DNA from: Planctomycetota bacterium
GTDB taxonomy: Bacteria; Planctomycetota; JAJSAM01; JAJVHW01
Length of the DNA: 64,000 bases
Assembly (NCBI GenBank): GCA_965248445.1
Contig: CBDFJG010000004.1
Span: forward strand, 1,536,001-1,600,000
Direction of reading: 5' to 3'
This document shows positions 60,702-64,000 of the stretch, piece by piece. The notes under the pieces are model-generated. The model ran no database searches. It worked only from the letters and a program-made list of their open reading frames with translations, and was not told where the DNA came from. The translations under genes were made by a program, and so were the position numbers. Position 1 is the stretch's first letter, and every line of letters begins with the position of its first letter.

Positions 60702-61135
60702 CTGCGAAGAAGAAGGCGACGGCGAAGAAGAAGGCCACACGGCCGACGCGAAAGAAGACTGCCAAGCGCACCGCGCGTTCCGGCGGCCGCCCGGGCGCGG
60801 GCTACACGCGCATCCGCAAGATCTGCCTCGCGCTGCCGGACACCGAAGAGCTCATCAAGTGGGGCAATCCGCACTTCTGCGTGAAGGGGAAGATCTTCGC
60901 TGGTTACGGCGAGGTGGTCGGGGACGCGCGGATCGGGTTCAAGCTGCCGATGGACGTTGCGGAGGCGAGCATCCGCAAGCACAAGCACTTCCACAAGGCG
61001 AAGTACGTCGGTCACAAGGGCTGGGTCTCTGTCGATGCAGCCGCGATCGAGGACTGGAAGCGCATCACGGCGATGGTCGAAGAGAGCTACCGCCTGATCG
61101 CGCCCAAGCGCTCGATCGCGAAACTCGACGGCTGA
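60698..61135 (+). CDS. MmcQ/YjbR family DNA-binding protein with Lys-rich N-tail
   Basis: CLALP..E...WG.P.F.VKGKIFA, YVGHKGWV and ESYRLIAPKR motifs; ATGA overlap. Confidence 0.85.
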   Translation: MTAKKKATAKKKATRPTRKKTAKRTARSGGRPGAGYTRIRKICLALPDTEELIKWGNPHFCVKGKIFAGYGEVVGDARIGFKLPMDVAEASIRKHKHFHKAKYVGHKGWVSVDAAAIEDWKRITAMVEESYRLIAPKRSIAKLDG

Positions 61136-61201
61136 GCCGTCGTACTGCCTTCGCTCGCGCGAACTCGGGTCGCCACGCAGAGCCCCGGGCGCGCATGTCC
61201 C

Positions 61202-64000
61202 TCAGTGAGCTTCGTTGACCGGCACCCCGGAGTACGTGCGGCCGGTCTGGAGGTGCTCGCCCTTCATGACCACCGAGTGCGGACGCACGCGCGCGGCGTC
61301 GCCGATGTCGGCGCCGTAGAGCAGCAGGCAGTCCGTGTCGAGCGCCGACCGCCGCCCGATCGTGACCCGATCGATCTTGAGTACTCGATCCTCGAAGCTG
61401 TGCGCTTGGAACAGGCACGCCACAGTCGCCTCATCGTCGATCCGGATCATGTCGGGATCGACGAGTTGCGCGAACCCGCCCCCGAGCATCACGCGGCGGC
61501 CGATGCGTGCGCCCATCGCACGGAGGTATGGCGCGGCGAACAGTGTCCCGGAGAGTGGCGCCAGGAACGGCCGCGCGAAAGAGCGCCAGACGACGTACAG
61601 GAAGTCCCAGCGGCTGCACCACGACGACCACAGTCCGTGCTTTCCCGGTCGCACGCGACCCAGCAGCACCCACTTCGCCACGAGAACGAGAAGGCACATG
61701 AAGACAGCCACGGCAACGGTGACGGCCGGCACGCCGATGACGTGCAGCAGCCGCGTGGACAGAGCGCCTTCGGCGGCAACGACGCCCTTGAACCACGCGA
61801 TCATCACGATCGCCGGGATCGCCGGGAGCGCGAAGCGGAGCGACTCCCAGAAGAGGCGCCGCGCGTAGCGATACGCGCCAGGATCGTGGGTGAGGGTGCG
61901 GTCCATGTCCAGCACCTCACGGCGGGGCAGCTCAAGTGGGGGATGCCCGAACCAGTCACTGCCTTCGCGCATTCGCTGCTCGTCCGCGACCGTGCAGACC
62001 CCGAGCAGGATGTCATCCGGAAGCGCCGTCCCGGCCGGGACGACCGCGTGATTCCCGGCGAAGTTGCGACTGCCGAATCGCGAGCTCGCGATCGTGACGC
62101 CGCCGCGGTGCAGCCGCGGCCCGCCGACGTAGAGGCCGTCGGCGAGGAACGTGCCGTTCCCGATCGAAACGGACTCTGGAAGCGTGTCGACGATCGTGCT
62201 GACCTCGCAGTCGTCTCCTATCCGCATGCCCGCCCACCGCAGCCAGATCGGCCAGAAGAGAGTGCCGCTCAGGAGTTCGCCGGCCGCGGTCACCGTGTCC
62301 GTCTTCGCGAGCACGCGCAGGTACCCGAGACCGAAGCGAGGGATCGTCCCGTCGGGCACTCGACCGAGCAGGCGCATCCCGAGTGCCGCGAGCGGCGTGG
62401 AAATCAGCGCGGCGCCCACCGTGAGCGTGACGAACGAGATCAGGCCGCGCGGCCCGAACGTCGGGCTGAACAGCCATGTCAGCACGGCGTCGGAGTCGAC
62501 GTCCCACGCGAGGCAGCACAGGAGTGCGGGAATCGCGAACGAGAGGTACGCGAGAGCGAGTCCGGAACCCGCCCGCGTGGCAATCGTGAGCGCGCCGTGC
62601 ACGACCGGTGAGAAACGGAGCGCGTCCTGAGGGGTGTCCGGGTCCGGCGGGGCGACTCCCGCGGGCCGCGCCGGTACGCCGTCAAACGCCTCGCCATCGG
62701 GGACGTGGGCGCCGGCCGGCAGCCAGGACAGAGGCGCGATGTAAGAGCGGTCGCCCATCGAGGCGTGACCGCTGATTGACGCACGGATGTCGACCGTGCT
62801 GCCGGCGCCCAGCGTGACGGGGCCGACGACGAACTCGCCGTCCTCCAAATCGACGAGGCGCAGCGCAGCGTCCTGGGACACAGTGACGTCGTCGCCGATA
62901 TCGAGCAGGTCCCAGCCGCCGCCGCGCAGATCGACGCCACGGTGGATGTGGACGCGCTTGCCGATGCGCGCGCCGAGGGTGCGAAGCGCGGCGTTCAGGA
63001 AGACCGTGTCCCGCAGGAGTCCCCATGGGATGACAGCGGCCACCCGCTGCATCACCCAGTTGCGCACGTGGAACGAGCCCCAGAACGGCGCGCGCAGCGG
63101 TGTGTAGCGGCCGATGAGCACTCGCTTGCACAGCGCCGTGAATCCGACAGCCAACGGCGCATAGACCACGAGAAGCGCAAGCGAGATGACCGGCAACAGA
63201 AGCAGGAACTGCGTCACGTCGAGCAGTCGGAGCAGCCACGGGAGAACCAAGAACGCGAACACGTACAACACGGCGGCGCCGAAGAGCAATCCGGAGCACA
63301 GCCACGCGGCGTGGAAGAGCGATGCACGCAGCGGGCTCACGCGCTCGACGCCGCGCCGCGCCGCGGGGTCCGTCGTCGCCGTCGACGATGTACGCGCCCG
63401 TTCGGCGAGTCCCGCCACGGTTCTCAGCTCGTAGACGTCACGAACGGCGAGTGCTGCCGTCTCGGGGTGCCGGCGGAGCGCCGAGACCAGCTCCGCAGCA
63501 CGCAGTGAGTCACCCCCCAGGTCGAGGAAGAAGTCGTGTTCGACCGGCGCTGCGGCTCCGAGCCGCAGCACGGCGGCGACAGTCTCGGAGATGCGGGACT
63601 CGATGGGGTTGCGTGGTGCGACGCCCTCGGTCTGATCGCGATCCGGTGCCCTCACCTGCGCGAGTGCAGCGCGGTCCAACTTGCCGCTCACGCTTGCGGG
63701 CAGGCGATCCAGCACGGCGAAGCGCGCCGGCACCATGTAGTCGGGCACCGCCGCCCGCAATTCGTCGGCTACGGCTGCGAAGGACGGCGGCACGGCGGCG
63801 TCCTCCGGGACGATGTGCGCCACGAGCACGCTCGCGCCGGACTCATCCTGCACGGCGCACGCGGCCGCGCGGACTCCGGCGCACTCGGACAACCTTGTCT
63901 CGACAGCCTCGAGTTCGACTCGGTAGCCGCGCACTTTCACCTGCGTGTCGATGCGGCCGAGGTAGGTGTATTCCCCGCCTGCTTCGCGGCGGACCCGATC
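61202..64000 (-). CDS. Pls/PosA-type membrane-bound NRPS-like enzyme (A-T plus three TM/hexapeptide C-domains), 5' end outside the window
   Basis: GRIDTQVKVRGYRVEL and SGKLDR (A domain); DFFLDLGGDSL (PCP); three LR.[L/M]GARIG-type repeats with TM pairs. Confidence 0.88.
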   Translation of the reverse strand, partial: DRVRREAGGEYTYLGRIDTQVKVRGYRVELEAVETRLSECAGVRAAACAVQDESGASVLVAHIVPEDAAVPPSFAAVADELRAAVPDYMVPARFAVLDRLPASVSGKLDRAALAQVRAPDRDQTEGVAPRNPIESRISETVAAVLRLGAAAPVEHDFFLDLGGDSLRAAELVSALRRHPETAALAVRDVYELRTVAGLAERARTSSTATTDPAARRGVERVSPLRASLFHAAWLCSGLLFGAAVLYVFAFLVLPWLLRLLDVTQFLLLLPVISLALLVVYAPLAVGFTALCKRVLIGRYTPLRAPFWGSFHVRNWVMQRVAAVIPWGLLRDTVFLNAALRTLGARIGKRVHIHRGVDLRGGGWDLLDIGDDVTVSQDAALRLVDLEDGEFVVGPVTLGAGSTVDIRASISGHASMGDRSYIAPLSWLPAGAHVPDGEAFDGVPARPAGVAPPDPDTPQDALRFSPVVHGALTIATRAGSGLALAYLSFAIPALLCCLAWDVDSDAVLTWLFSPTFGPRGLISFVTLTVGAALISTPLAALGMRLLGRVPDGTIPRFGLGYLRVLAKTDTVTAAGELLSGTLFWPIWLRWAGMRIGDDCEVSTIVDTLPESVSIGNGTFLADGLYVGGPRLHRGGVTIASSRFGSRNFAGNHAVVPAGTALPDDILLGVCTVADEQRMREGSDWFGHPPLELPRREVLDMDRTLTHDPGAYRYARRLFWESLRFALPAIPAIVMIAWFKGVVAAEGALSTRLLHVIGVPAVTVAVAVFMCLLVLVAKWVLLGRVRPGKHGLWSSWCSRWDFLYVVWRSFARPFLAPLSGTLFAAPYLRAMGARIGRRVMLGGGFAQLVDPDMIRIDDEATVACLFQAHSFEDRVLKIDRVTIGRRSALDTDCLLLYGADIGDAARVRPHSVVMKGEHLQTGRTYSGVPVNEAH

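Noticed and set aside
1..64000. CRISPR array, cas genes, integrase or prophage, rRNA or tRNA
   Set aside because: No regularly spaced repeat-spacer pattern or diagnostic motifs found by eye.

Overview
High-GC bacterial chromosomal segment. A diderm envelope is indicated by the Mla/MCE operon and many lipoproteins. Planctomycetota is my inference from RNase HIII, secreted HEAT-repeat proteins, carboxypeptidase-regulatory-like repeat proteins and a Ser/Thr kinase. About 55 CDS are present. The left half is mostly housekeeping: M1 aminopeptidase, mazG, an ECF sigma/anti-sigma operon, rsmB, an mlaEFD-pqiC-like operon, leuA-like, lysC, rnhC, a beta-CASP nuclease, dapF and rlmI-like. The right half is accessory: a single-ORF IS66 (17-bp IRs, no TSD), an IS1595 (8-bp TSD) splitting a hybrid histidine kinase, secreted proteins, two S8 proteases around a Ser/Thr kinase-NTPase-TPR gene, and the 3' end of a Pls/PosA-type membrane NRPS. 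No rRNA, tRNA or CRISPR array was seen. Best candidates for something new: (1) an ECF sigma/zf-HC2 anti-sigma operon whose HtrA-like partner has lost all three catalytic residues; (2) tandem HEAT-repeat proteins carrying three copies of a secretin-like DFDVEVxxxxFIADP motif; (3) NrdR-box-like palindromes in both ends of the IS1595; (4) a ~400-bp nested inverted-repeat intergenic element at 44.0-44.4 kb. Several genes are interrupted by small indels or one stop, some of which may be assembly errors. All product calls come from motif recognition, not database searches.
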